Assembly (NCBI GenBank): GCA_002269645.1
Contig: NIVC01004560.1
Location: 1-41,941 of the forward strand
DNA from: Macrostomum lignano
Taxonomy: Eukaryota
DNA: 41,941 nucleotides
Direction of reading: 5' to 3'
This document shows, one piece after another, positions 1 to 15,100 of this stretch. The notes under the pieces are model-generated. The model saw only the letters and a list, made by a program, of their open reading frames with translations. It was not told the DNA's origin and did not search any database. The position numbers were made by a program, and so were the translations under genes. How positions within the stretch are numbered: position 1 is the stretch's first letter; every line of letters starts with the position of its first letter.

Positions 1-138
1 CGATTTTGAGCACTGGGAGAGCATATTGCAGCATTGGAGATTAGGATTCTTCTGAACGAAAGGCTCAAGTAAATATAAGATCATATAACTTTTACCTGTC
101 AATTTTTCCACAAATGAGCTTCACCTGTATTTCCACAG

Positions 139-3100
139 ATTATTGCCTACAACCCGGCCTCAGGATCTCGGGTCACTCCTCAATGACACGGCGGAAATTC
201 AAATCAGCGTCACGGATGTCAATGACAATGCGCCAGTGTTCACGCAGAGTAAGGCCCGAATTCTTACGCTGTTATTAGCATTGGTTTTACATGCTAAATG
301 AGAATTTTTCCAGCACTTTTTAAGACTGAGATTGTTGTTTAATAAATCGACTTTAAACCTTTGAGAACGTCTTGCAAGCAGAGTGAGAATAGTAGCAGAC
401 AGAACTGCTACTTATAGCTGTTATAATACTATGCACATGCAACAGTTGCCCGTTGCCCCGCCATGAAAGCTTTTCGCAATCACAATCAATATTCTCTACT
501 AATAAGTAGACAAACCCAGACAGACAACTCGGCAGCATTAAACCTATATTTGAGTAATAGCTCGTACATTTAACTGCCGGCCGTAATCAACGTGCAAGCG
601 CGATTGCCGCTAAGTTGCTCTGCTGAGTTGGTCTCAGATTGCGGTGAAAATGTCTCACCTACAAAAACCATTATTACAGCATACTTTATTACTATTGTCC
701 AGTTAGTTTGGCTGGGTATAACTTTTCGTTGATGAAATCCTATTGCAGCTCAATACGATTTCTCAATAAATGAGACGCAATCGATCGGTTCCGTCATCAG
801 CACGGCGATACGCGCCACAGACAATGATTCAACGCCGGATACAACCGCGGCGGTTTTTTACGAGCTTCGTCCCTCTGGCGGGCCATTCGCCATCGACAAC
901 GCCACCGGCAGCTTCAGTTTGGCGTCGTCCGTCAGCAGAGACGACGGCGGTTCTGCCGTGCACACTTTGCAAGCGGTTGCCATCAATCTGGAGGCCACGC
1001 CGCAACTGTCAGCCGTAGTTACGGTCACTGTACGCGTCGCTAATGTCAATAACAATCCGCCCGTATTCTCCGCCAGTTTGTACAACTTTAGCGTGACTGA
1101 GAATGCGCCCTTGAGGACAAGTGTCGGCACTCTGGCCGTCACTGATCGCGACGGGGATGCCGTTACGATGACAGTCTTAAGTGGAGGTGCGCATTTTAGT
1201 CAATTGTTGAAACTGTCATAATGCTTTTCTTACGACACCAAGGAGTGAAGAATGACATTTAAATTTTTTTCAGACATGTTCCTTGTCGATTCGACTTCTC
1301 TGCTCACCAATGCTAGCATTGATCGAGAGAGTCTGATGGAGAATCCCATCGTACTCGTTGTGCAGGCCAGTGACGGCAGGTACCAGACGAACACTACAGT
1401 TCGAGTGACAGTCACAGATTTGAATGACAATGCGCCACAATTTTTACCGGCGGTTAGCGAGCTAACAGTTAGCGTTCAAGAAGCCGCGCCGAATGGGACT
1501 TCGGTTGTTAAGGTAAAAGCCATGTAGGGAGGCTTATTGGGACTCTGGAGCATATTTAACGTTGCGACTAAATCGATCCAGACGACCAAAATTCAAGCCC
1601 AGAATCTCTGGTACACAAAACAGAAAAATGTTCATTTTTCTTACTTTTTTCATTTCATTTTAGCTGAATTCAACAGACCCAGACGCTGGCCAGAATGGCA
1701 ATGTCACCTACAGCATCTTGACTGTCAACAGCCCGTTTAAAATCAACGCTTTGACAGGCGAGATCACCGTTGCCAATGGAAACCTGCTCGATTACCAGAA
1801 ACAGGCAGAGATTCCAATCTTAGTAGTGGCCAGTGACAGGGGTCAGCCGGTGCAATCTACAATGCTGACGTTGAAAGTTCAGCTAACCGATTCCAATGAC
1901 AAACCGGTAGTTTTCAATCCCAAAGTCTACACGGCAACTGTGCAGGAAAATCAGAGTCCCGGTCAGTTCGTCACCAGACTTTTTGCAAGTGATGCAGACA
2001 CAGTCCCGGCTGGCTTCAACTTTTCGTTGCCCGTAGCAGCAGATGCAAGCCTCTTTTATCTAGTCAATGCAACAATGACGAAAACAATCAGCTTACTGCT
2101 CAACGAATCTCTAGATAGAGAGCGGCAGAGCCTCTACTCAGTGACAGTCAGCGTCACTGACGGTCTGTTCAACGATTCGGCTATAGTTAATATAACTGTA
2201 GGAGATGAAAACGATAATCCGCCAACATTTCAAAAAACAGCCTATACGTTCTTTGCGGACGAGCAAGCTCCAAACGGTCAGGTTGTAGGCAGCGTAAAAG
2301 CCACCGATGCCGACATAGGATTCAATGCTCAGGTAAACTATTTCATTTCTGGCGGACAGGATAAGTTTGCTATCAACTACTCAACCGGAGAGATTTCTGT
2401 TCGAGCGTCAATAAATGGAACAGCTGGAACAAAATACGATATTATTGTGACGGCCCGCGATCAGGGAACGCCGTCTCTAAGTGGCACAACAACCGTGACG
2501 GTCTACGCCAATCAGACCAACTCGAATACTCCGATCTTCTCGCCATCAATCTACACCGTGTCCGTGAACGAGTCGGCTCCGAACAACACCTTACTCGTCA
2601 CTGTCAAGGCTACTGATGCCGACTTCCCGTCAGTCAATGGAATCATTTCCTACAGTCTGCTTGAATCGAACTCGACGTCCGGACTGTTCAGCGTCGACTC
2701 ATCGACCGGAGACGTCAGCTTAATCGGCGTGATCGACTTCGAGAAGGTCACGTCCTACACGGTGATCGTATTGGCCATCGACCACGCGGCTGCGCCTCGC
2801 ACGGCTACAGCTCAGATCTTCGTACAGGTCTTGAATGAGGACGACACACCGCCTGAGTTCGTTCCCAACTCCTACTTCTTCTATGCACCTCAAAATGCGA
2901 CAGTCGGATTCGCAGTCGGATCTGTGATTGCCGTTGATCCCGACTATCCTAGTGCGAATCCTCAACCAGTCAGCTACTCTGCATCGGCATCGGATTTTCA
3001 ACTCAACTCGACCACCGGAGCACTGACGGTTTCTTCGTCTTTGTCTGTCACAAACTACTCTTCGACGCCATCTGCACCGACGCGTCAGCAATGACGGGCA

Positions 3101-6100
3101 ATGCGACAGTCACTGTGTCAGTGATTCCATCGGATGTGTACTATGCGAAGGTACCTCAGTTCTTGTCTACACCTCTTGTAGCATCAGTGTTGGAGAATCA
3201 AACAGCCTACGTGTTTGTGATCGACGTGAATGCCACCATCAACGGCGGAGCAGAAGACGCCGGCGTCTTATACAGATTGGACAGTGGATCGACAATCTTT
3301 AATATCAGCAGTAGTTTGGTGAGTAGTTGAACAGTTTTTTTCCTGCTTGTTGACAGTTCAATAAAATGTCAATTCGTTCTTTATAGGGGATTGTGGAAGC
3401 GAGACCAGAGACGCTTGACAGAGAAGTGAACACCGAGGTAACATTGATCGTAATAGCCGTGAACACGGCCGAGCCGTCGTTCTCGTCGAGTCAGCCGATT
3501 CGAGTTCTGCTGCTCGACATCAACGACAATGCTCCTCGATTTGAGTTCAGTAGAGGCGAGGTACTTTTGTACGAGAATGCGACAGTTCGCCATGTTGTGA
3601 CAGACCTTCAGGCCACCGACCCAGACACTTCCTCAACAAATGTAAGTCACATTCTAGCTGACTATTGAACGAAGTTAAATCGTTTTCAATAACCAAATTT
3701 TAGCTATTATATGTTGTCTTACACTCATTTCAGCTCACATACTCGATTGTGGGCGATAACTCTGGCGGAAAGTTCCGACTTCAGTCGATTGAGCCCAATG
3801 CGTCTCAGCTGATCCTTGACGCTGTAGTTGACTACGAGGCCATGTCTGCTTTGGGATACGCCTACTCTCTCACCGTATGTTGTCTGAATTGCTTGGTGTT
3901 TTTTGTATGATTAGTTTAGTTTTGTACGCATTATACTCACTTTCAGATCGAAGTGAGTGACGGAAGTTTCAGCTCGAACTACTCGCTCATTGTTCGCATC
4001 GGAGACGTCAATGACAATCCGCCAGTGTTCAGTGCTCCGATGTACAACTTCTCTGTGGCGGAGCAGGCCGATGTGGGAACTCTGGTCGGTCGAGTCGTGG
4101 CCACAGACCCGGATACTGTGGATCTGAACAAGCTGGAGTACGCAGTAGTCGACACTGGTAACTTCTCAATGAATGCTTCAACCGGAGTGATTTCGACACT
4201 GACAATATTCGACAGACTCATCACGAGTCGCTTTTCGTTCAACGTTACCTGCACGGACACTGCTGGAAACATTGTATGTCATTGATTTTTTTACTGCTGC
4301 AGCTACTACGCATATTGTATGCTTTGAAAGTGAAACAATCAATTATACTATAAGTCCTGTTTCCACGAATGCAGGGTTGGACGTCTGTCAATGTCGACGT
4401 ACTCGACGTGAACAACTACAGTCCGAACATGACGAACCTACCCACATCATGGAACATCACCGAGAACGCGACCAGCTTGATGCAGAGCTTCGTCATCCAG
4501 GTGGTCGATAACGACTCCGGTCAGAATGCGAACGTATCGCTGAGCATCGTGTCCGGTGACTCGGTCGGCTCGTTCGCCATCAACGGAAGTCGGTCGAAGT
4601 GACAAAAGTTCTGGACAGAGAGACTCCGGGTCTCACTGTGGACTCGTCCGGAAACGGTGTCATCAAGCTTGTCATGAGAGCTGCGGACAATGGAGTTCCA
4701 CCTCGCAGCTCGACAGCCACTCTTACCGTGCTGTTGCAGGACATCAACGACTCGCCTCCGAGGTTCGCCATTCCTGCTGGTCGAGTACTGCAGCAGGCGG
4801 AGAGTCTGCCAGTGAGATCTACCATCGTCACGTTCGACATGCTCGATGCGGACTTGCCGTCATCGAATAACTTCACATTTAGCATCAGTTCGGCTTCTAA
4901 TCCCAACGGTGAGCTGAAATTAATTCTGTTGTTATGTCAAGCTTACTGAAGCGTTATGATTTTCCGCAACTAGTGTATGACTTAATGGTGAAACGTTTGT
5001 TCCGCAAACATTTCAGAGACTTTTGCAATTGATGGAAGCAACCTCGTTCTGAACAAAGCACTGAGCAGAGTCGCAATGCCCACTCACAACCTTACGATAG
5101 TTTGCTTTGATGGAGTTTTCAGTGTTTCTGTAAGTTAGCATATCCGCATAACTTTTGTATTTACTGCCTTTCGTGCATCTTTAATTTTTTTCATATATTT
5201 CAGACTTTTATCTTAGTAACGGTCGTTGACAGCAACAACTACGGTCCAGTATTTACCAGTGCAGTTTACGTGTTCAATGTGACTGAAAATGACCTGTCGA
5301 ATGCGACTGGACAGTTCATTGGAGTCGTGACGGCTGTGGACCGGGACACCGGAGTGAACGGCCAAGTGACATACTCTGTAGCTTCCCCCAGCAGCTTGAA
5401 GACTCTGCTTGCTATTAATGAGGTTAGTTTTTCGTATTTTCAGAGTTTTCAGTCCAAAGCACTTTTACAATTAACGGATCGGCTGGTGAAATATTTAGCA
5501 ACCCGCAAATATTTTAGACTGGAGCAGTTACCTTGAACGGGACAGTGGACAGGGAGACAAACGCAGAGTTGACGTTTTTCATCATGGCCACTGATATGGG
5601 TGCATCTCCAAGATTCGTAAGTTTGCGACAGAGATATGTTTTGTCTGCTGCTATATTAGTGTTAGATTATTCCACTATCGTTTCAATGGGCAGTGATTTT
5701 TCTGTATTTTTTGAGACAAATGATCTACTTCGAGAGATACGCTAATTCAGACAGCGAAGGTTCTAAGTGGACGTTTTTTAAGTATATTTGATTATTTTAA
5801 CGTAATTGTGGTATCCACCGGCTTCAAAATTCAACTCACATTGGTTTATCTTTATTTGTTATATTTAACTGATCTCCATGCACTGTCGAGTAGTCTCGTG
5901 AAAGAAATTTTAACGGCATGGTTCAGTATTCGAAATCTTGCAATGATAGTTCACCAAGCATTTACAGCTAAAGTTAATTCCTCACTTAAAATTACTATCA
6001 GAAACTATTGAGTTCAAAATCGATGTATGGATAGTGACTTTCTTAATACTAGCTCGTATTGGTATCAGCGTACAAAGCCATAAATACGTCAAATACAATT

Positions 6101-9100
6101 ATGTTATCTATAGTACATCATGTGCTGTAAAAATCCCAGCTGCGAAGGAGCAGATTGACTTGCAAGAAAGGATACTGTTAATACGCTCGTACACGGCGGC
6201 AACAAAAACTACGCTATATCATCCTTTTTACGCTCGTAACTATGTCTGCTGCTATAAATATAATCATTTCACTAAAAATGAAAAGAAATTTGAAGTCTAT
6301 GAATCCCAAGTACACATGCAATATTTAGCATTAAATTTTCGGAAAGCATGGTATTCCTAGCATCTCCTAATCGACCTCAATTCCCATTATCACTTGATTT
6401 ATTTATTATAGTTACCTACACTCAAAATGTGAGTGTCAAAATATTTACCTACACTCACGATTCACTAACTACAATCACATCAACTTGTAAATTCACAAAC
6501 TCGTGACGTAAAATATTAATCAGGGAACAGCAGAGCTACACCTGAAAATACTCGACGTAAATGACAACAAGCCGGAATTCACAATGGTCGCATACACTGG
6601 AACCGTTGCGGAGGGGTCATCTGCTGGAGCAGCAGTGAGCTTTGTAAGCCAAACTTCATATAATTTCTTCATATAAAGATATGAAAATAAATACAAAGGT
6701 AAATCAACTATATATTCTACTCGTGTTAGGTAACGGCAATTATAGCAACCGACAAAGACATCGAAAATAACAGCTATGTTGAGTTCTCGCTCTCCGGCCC
6801 TCACTCAAACTGGTTCAGCATTAGCCAGTCCGGTCAGATACAAGTAGCCAGCGGCGCCCTACTCGACCGAGAGAATCAGTCGAGCTTCTCCTTGAATGTG
6901 ACTGCCAACAACACTAGAGGAGAGCCCACCTGGCTTGCAAACTCGGTTCCTGTGACAATCCAGCTGTCTGATATCAATGACAATGCTCCCGTGTTTACCA
7001 AAGCGTCGTTCGACTTCTTCATCGACTTCTTTTCACCTGTAAGCCAAACTTTAGGAGACGTAACCGCCACAGATGCGGATGCTGGATTCAACGCTCAGAT
7101 TACTTACTTCCTCAGAGGAGGGGAGGACCGGTTCGCCATTGACTTCAGAACAGGAGTCCTGACAGTGAGCAAAGCGCTCAACGGGTCTTCGAGCAACGTT
7201 TTTAGTCTTGTTGTTACGGCACGCGATCAGGGAACGCCGTCTCTAAGTGGCACAACAACCGTGACGGTCTACGCCAATCAGACCAACTCGAATACTCCGA
7301 TCTTCTCGCCATCAATCTACACCGTGTCCGTGAACGAGTCGGCTCCGAACAACACCTTACTCGTCACTGTCAAGGCTACTGATGCCGACTTCCCGTCAGT
7401 CAATGGAATCATTTCCTACAGTCTGCTTGAATCGAACTCGACGTCCGGACTGTTCAGCGTCGACTCATCGACCGGAGACGTCAGCTTAATCGGCGTGATC
7501 GACTTCGAGAAGGTCACGTCCTACACGGTGATCGTATTGGCCATCGACCACGCGGCTGCGCCTCGCACGGCTACAGCTCAGATCTTCGTACAGGTCTTGA
7601 ATGAGGACGACACACCGCCTGAGTTCGTTCCCAACTCCTACTTCTTCTATGCACCTCAAAATGCGACAGTCGGATTCGCAGTCGGATCTGTGCTTGCCGT
7701 TGATCCCGACTATCCTAGTGCGAATCCTCAACCAGTCAGCTACTCTGCATCGGCATCGGATTTTCAACTCAACTCGACCACCGGAGCACTGACGGTTTCT
7801 TCGTCTTTGTCTGTCACAAACTACTCCTTCGACGCCATCTGCACCGACGCGTCAGCAATGACGGGCAATGCGACAGTCACTGTGTCAGTGATTCCATCGG
7901 ATGTGTACTATGCGAAGGTACCTCAGTTCTTGTCTACACCTCTTGTAGCATCGGTGTTGGAGAATCAAACGGCCTACGTGTTTGTGATCGACGTGAATGC
8001 CACCATCAACGGCGGAGCAGAAGACGCCGGCGTCTTATACAGATTGGACAGTGGATCGACAATCTTTAATATCAGCAGTAGTTTGGTGAGTAGTTGAACA
8101 GTTTTTTTCCTGCTTGTTGGACAGTTCAATAAAATGTCAATTCGTTCTTTATAGGGGATTGTGGAAGCGAGACCAGAGACGCTTGACAGAGAAGTGAACA
8201 CCGAGGTAACATTGATCGTAATAGCCGTGAACACGGCCGAGCCGTCGTTCTCGTCGAGTCAGCCGATTCGAGTTCTGCTGCTCGACATCAACGACAATGC
8301 TCCTCGATTTGAGTTCAGTAGAGGCGAGGTACTTTTGTACGAGAATGCGACAGTTCGCCATGTTGTGACAGACCTTCAGGCCACCGACCCAGACACTTCC
8401 TCAACAAATGTAAGTCACATTCTAGCTGACTATTGAACGAAGTTAAATCGTTTTCTATAACCAAATTTTAGCTATTATATGTTGTCTTACACTCATTTCA
8501 GCTGACATATACAATTGTGGGCGATAACTCTGGCGGAAAGTTCAGACTTCAGTCGATTGAGCCCAATGCGTCTCAGCTGATCCTTGACGCTGTAGTTGAC
8601 TACGAGGCCATGTCTGCTTTGGGATACGCCTACTCTCTCACCGTATGTTGTCTGAATTGCTTTGTGTTTTTTGTATGATTAGTTTAGTTTTGTACGCATT
8701 ATACTCACTTTCAGATCGAAGTGAGTGACGGAAGTTTCAGCTCGAACTACTCGCTCATTGTTCGCATCGGAGACGTCAATGACAATCCGCCAGTGTTCAG
8801 TGCTCCGATGTACAACTTCTCTGTGGCGGAGCAGGCCGATGTGGGAACTCTGGTCGGTCGAGTCGTGGCCACAGACCTGGATACTGTGGATCTGAACAAG
8901 CTGGAGTACGCAGTAGTCGACACTGGTAACTTCTCAATGAATGCTTCAACCGGAGTGATTTCGACACTGACAATATTCGACAGACTCATCACGAGTCGCT
9001 TTTCGTTCAACGTTACCTGCACGGACACTGCTGGAAACATTGTATGTCATTGATTTTTTTACTGCTGCAGCTACTACGCATATTGTATGCTTGGAAAGCG

Positions 9101-12100
9101 AATCAATCAATTATACTATAAGTCTTGTTCCCACGAATGCAGGGTTGGACGTCTGTCAATGTCGACGTACTCGACGTGAACAACTACAGTCCGAACATGA
9201 CGAACCTACCCACATCATGGAACATCACCGAGAACGCGACCAGCTTGATGCAGAGCTTCCTCATCCAGGTGGTCGATAACGACTCCGGTCAGAATGCGAA
9301 CGTATCGCTGAGCATCGTGTCCGGTGACTCGGTCGGCTCGTTCGCCATCAACGGAAGTCGGGTCGAAGTGACAAAAGTTCTGGACAGAGAGACTCCGGGT
9401 CTCACTGTGGACTCGTCCGGAAACGGTGTCATCAAGCTTGTCATGAGAGCTGCGGACAATGGAGTTCCACCTCGCAGCTCGACAGCCACTCTTACCGTGC
9501 TTTTGCAGGACATCAACGACTCGCCTCCGAGGTTCGCCATTCCTGCTGGTCGAGTACTGCAGCAGGCGGAGAGTCTGCCAGTGAGATCTACCATCGTCAC
9601 GTTCGACATGCTCGATGCGGACTTGCCGTCATCGAATAACCTCACATTTAGCATCAGTTCGGCTTCAAATCTGAACGGTATTTTTAGGCCTAAATCTCAT
9701 GTTTACAAAAATGAAAGTAATGGTATATGCTTGTGTTTTATAGTACATTTTAATTACCTGTCATTTTGCAGATACATTCGCTATCCAAGGCAGTGCATTG
9801 GTTCTTAACAAAGCGCTGAATGTCAGAGTTCAGTCGAGTTACAATCTGACCATTATTTGTTTCGATGGAGTGTTCAGCGTTTCGGTAAGCTGATCGATGC
9901 AGGAGGTCTAAACACGAAAATGTGTAATGTTTGGTGAAACATTTTATTTCTTGCCCACGTCTTTATTTTAGACATACATTAATATTTCAATAGCTACTGG
10001 AGGAGGCAACAACTACAGTCCGAAATTCAGCAGCTCTCTCTACGCTTTCTATGTCACTGAGAACGACCTTTCAAGTGCACTGAACCAATCTATTGGCGTC
10101 GTGAGCGCTGAGGATAGAGATACGGGACTCAACGGGCAGGTTGTGTATTCGATTGCGTCTCCGAGTTCGTTAAAACATCTTTTAGCCATCAATGAGGTAA
10201 TGGGATGAAAGTATTTCAATATTTTTGACAATAAACTTTTGGGAATTCTTGGTCTAAAATGCAGCGCTCGTATAGGATGTATGTCATATCGTTTTAGAAT
10301 GAAATGCTGTATTCGCAGTCTTTTGTTTCAAGTAACGATTTTTATCTGCTTCAGCATTTATTCACAACTAGACGCTTTTATGCGTTGATTACCATCAAGA
10401 TAAAATCCGGTATCCCTATGAGCTTGTTCCTAAAAAACCAGAAGCAAGCAGGACGAACCAGTAAAACTGATACCGCTGCTTACACCCGAATGGGGGGCTG
10501 ATGAATGGTAACCGAGTCCAGAGAAATACCTAGTTGTGTTTTTTATACACAATGTCTGAATAGAGCAGATTCTCACTTCTAATCACGACGCCAACTGTTG
10601 AATATGATTTCTAACCGGTAATGTATTTCCTTGAATCTTTGAAATTGCTGCCTTTCCATGCAAATTGTGCTTTCGGATGGTACGTAGCACTCACTCTACT
10701 TCTTTGCAATTGAATTCGTCAAAACATCAAAACCTTTCATCCACAAATGTTTTCTTTATAGAAGCTAAATTTAGATCATTCCATAGACAGCTGCGTTCAC
10801 GCAGAACGCTTTATCCGGTCCGCAAACGTTTCGTCTCAGCCTAATTGATTTAAGAACGGAGCGACTACGTTTGATGGAATACAACGCGAAACAGTTTCTG
10901 TGCTAGAATGTTAAATACGAGCCTTTGATACACTGGCTAGTCTAGGGGCGAAATGTTTAGCGAACTGAATTAAACATTTTGCGAGAACGCAGCTGTCTAT
11001 GGCTTGATCTAAATTTAGCTCCTACTTTGAAAACATCCGTGATTTTGCAGTCTGGACGAATTCAATTGCAAAAAAAATATTTAAGGAGATGAAGTCGAGA
11101 ATTCCTATTTGCTGCAGCAGCTAAAGAAAAAAACTGCACTCGAATATAGACAATAAAGTCAATCCGGCTAATAAAGAGCCAATCAATCAGACAGCTCGCA
11201 ATTCAAAGCTGCACTCTCCCAGCCACAGATTTTATAATACAAGCCTAGATGGGCCAGCTGTCTGATGGCAGTGCGAAAACCCCGGGGTTAAGACCATAGA
11301 CTGTAGCTTCTGCTGTTCTCAAGACTCGAATGCTTGAGTACCACGTCTAGGTAATATAGAATCAGTGCTCCCAACAGACTGCAAGCTAAATCAGCCATTT
11401 ATAGCACTTCTCTCTGGTTTAAAGACAATTAAGTAGAAAATTTCAAACCGAATACTGAAGTATTCTTGCTCCAGAACTTGATTTCTACATTTGGTGCTGA
11501 CTTTTATTGAAATTATCCACTTGACTGACTTTTGTCAATATGATTGGCTTCATTGTATACTCGTATAATCTATGGAAGTGGCTGCTGCTTCTGCAGCAAA
11601 AGAGAACTATCGACTTAGATGGCTTGCTTATCTACTTGACTGACAAAGTAACATTACTGCATGATGCTACACCCTTGAGGGCCTTTCGTAATCAAAAGTA
11701 TAAAATTAAAAAATTCAGGTTATTAATTACGGCGTCCCGATTACATCTTTATTAAAAATCTGTCCTTCGCATTTACCAGAACGGAACGGTCACCCTAAAC
11801 GGTACAGTGGATCGAGAAGCGACTCCGAAGCTCACATTGTTTCTTCTAGCTTCGGACTTGGGCACACCGCCTAGAATGGTGAGAACGGGAATTCAGGAAA
11901 TCTTATTCAATATTAAATGAACGAGGCATTAATTACTACTGACAAGCCTTTGTTTAAATGCAGGATACAGCCGAGCTGCAACTTACAGTACTCGATGTCA
12001 ACGATAACAGGCCCGAATTTACCGCTGCTGCATACACCGGATCTGTTCCGGAGGGATCAACTGCTGGTGTGACAGTTAGCTTTGTAAGTTTAATAGAAAA

Positions 12101-15100
12101 GTATCGGCATTCAACTTGAACTCCCAGTGCGAATCACAAAAAAATATTGGAAAATTTCACTTAAAAATTACCTGTGTTGCAATTAAATATGCAAAAGTTT
12201 CTATCCAATTTTTGCATTTTTATTATCAATTTTGTAGATTACATTCAGAAACATCAATATTCAAATTGAAGCATAATCACAATAAATGCTGTTACGTTAA
12301 ATAGATTTTTCCAGCGTCATATAAATGTATTTGAAATTAATCCTGAACTTGCAGTCAACTGGAATTGATGCACGAGACAAAGACATCGAAAATAACAGCT
12401 ATGTTGAGTTCTCGCTCTCCGGCCCTCACTCAAACTGGTTCAGCATTAGCCAGTCCGGTCAGATACAAGTAGCCAGCGGCGCCCTACTCGACCGAGAGAA
12501 TCAGTCGAGCTTCTCCTTGAATGTGACTGCCAACAACACTAGAGGAGAGCCCACCTGGCTTGCAAACTCGGTTCCTGTGACAATCCAGCTGTCTGATATC
12601 AATGACAATGCTCCCGTGTTTACCAAAGCGTCGTTCGACTTCTTCATCGACTTCTTTTCACCTGTAAGCCAAACTTTAGGAGACGTAACCGCCACAGATG
12701 CGGATGCTGGATTCAACGCCCAGATTACTTACTTCCTCAGAGGAGGGGAGGACCGGTTCGCCATTGACTTCAGAACAGGAGTCCTGACAGTGAGCAAAGC
12801 GCTCAACGGGTCTTCGAGCAACGTTTTTAGTCTTGTTGTTACGGCACGCGATCAGGGAACGCCGTCTCTAAGTGGCACAACAACCGTGACGGTCTACGCC
12901 AATCAGACCAACTCGAATACTCCGATCTTCTCGCCATCAATCTACACCGTGTCCGTGAACGAGTCGGCTCCGAACAACACCTTACTCGTCACTGTCAAGG
13001 CTACTGATGCCGACTTCCCGTCAGTCAATGGAATCATTTCCTACAGTCTGCTTGAATCGAACTCGACGTCCGGACTGTTCAGCGTCGACTCATCGACCGG
13101 AGACGTCAGCTTAATCGGCGTGATCGACTTCGAGAAGGTCACGTCCTACACGGTGATCGTATTGGCCATCGACCACGCGGCTGCGCCTCGCACGGCTACA
13201 GCTCAGATCTTCGTACAGGTCTTGAATGAGGACGACACACCGCCTGAGTTCGTTCCCAACTCCTACTTCTTCTATGCACCTCAAAATGCGACAGTCGGAT
13301 TCGCAGTCGGATCTGTGATTGCCGTTGATCCCGACTATCCTAGTGCGAATCCTCAACCAGTCAGCTACTCTGCATCGGCATCGGATTTTCAACTCAACTC
13401 GACCACCGGAGCACTGACGGTTTCTTCGTCTTTGTCTGTCACAAACTACTCTTCGACGCCATCTGCACCGACGCGTCAGCAATGACGGGCAATGCGACAG
13501 TCACTGTGTCAGTGATTCCATCGGATGTGTACTATGCGAAGGTACCTCAGTTCTTGTCTACACCTCTTGTAGCATCAGTGTTGGAGAATCAAACGGCCTA
13601 CGTGTTTGTGATCGACGTGAATGCCACCATCAACGGCGGAGCAGAAGACGCCGGCGTCTTATACAGATTGGACAGTGGATCGACAATCTTTAATATCAGC
13701 AGTAGTTTGGTGAGTAGTTGAACAGTTTTTTTTTCGGCTTGTTCGACAGTTCAAAAAAATGTCAATTCGTTCTTTATAGGGGATTGTGGAAGCGAGACCA
13801 GAGACGCTCGACAGAGAAGTGAACACCGAGGTAACATTGATCGTAATAGCCGTGAACACGGCCGAGCCGTCGTTCTCGTCGAGTCAGCCGATTCGAGTTC
13901 TGCTGCTCGACATCAACGACAATGCTCCTCGATTTGAGTTCAGTAGAGGCGAGGTACTTTTGTACGAGAATGCGACAGTTCGCCATGTTGTGACAGACCT
14001 TCAGGCCACCGACCCAGACACTTTCTCAACGAATGTAAGTCACATACTTACTGACTATTGAACGAAGTTAAATCGTTTTCTATGTTTTAGCTATTATATG
14101 TTGTCTTACACTCATTTCAGCTCACATACTCGATTGTGGGCGATAACTCTGGCGGAAAGTTCAGACTTCAGTCGATTGAGCCCAATGCGTCTCAGCTGAT
14201 CCTTGACGCTGTAGTTGACTACGAGGCCATGTCTGCTTTGGGATACGCCTACTCTCTCACCGTATGTTGTCTGAATTGCTTTGTGTTTTTTGTATGATTA
14301 GTTTAGTTTTGTACGCATTTACTCACTTTCAGATCGAAGTGAGTGACGGAAGTTTCAGCTCGAACTACTCGCTCATTGTTCGCATCGGAGACGTCAATGA
14401 CAATCCGCCAGTGTTCAGTGCTCCGATGTACAACTTCTCTGTGGCGGAGCAGGCCGATGTGGGAACTCTGGTCGGTCGAGTCGTGGCCACAGACCCGGAT
14501 ACTGTGGATCTGAAAAAGCTGGAGTACGCAGTAGTCGACACTGGTAACTTCTCAATGAATGCTTCAACCGGAGTGATTTCGACACTGACAATATTCGACA
14601 GACTCATCACGAGTCGCTTTTCGTTCAACGTTACCTGCACGGACACTGCTGGAAACATTGTATGTCATTGATTTTTTTACTGCTGCAGCTACTACGCATA
14701 CATGTATTGTATGCTTGCAAAGCGAATCAATCAATTATACTATAAGTCTTGTTCCCACGAATGCAGGGTTGGACGTCTGTCAATGTCGACGTACTCGACG
14801 TGAACAACTACAGTCCGAACATGACGAACCTACCCACATCATGGAACATCACCGAGAACGCGACCAGCTTGATGCAGAGCTTCGTCATCCAGGTGGTCGA
14901 TAACGACTCCGGTCAGAATGCGAACGTATCGCTGAGCATCGTGTCCGGTGACTCGGTCGGCTCGTTCGCCATCAACGGAAGTCAGGTCGAAGTGACAAAA
15001 GTTCTGGACAGAGAGACTCCGGGTCTCACTGTGGACTCGTCCGGAAACGGTGTCATCAAGCTTGTCATGAGAGCTGCGGACAATGGAGTTCCACCTCGCA

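Noticed and set aside
3050-3094. Programmed ribosomal frameshift at the shared deletion
   Set aside because: No X XXY YYZ slippery heptamer or evident stimulator, and unit 2 simply has the extra base.
5808-6360. AT-rich intronic ORFs (also 10304-10501, 11540-11755, 12116-12304, 26893-27123, 27561-27782)
   Set aside because: Short, low-complexity, intron-like composition and no recognisable motifs.
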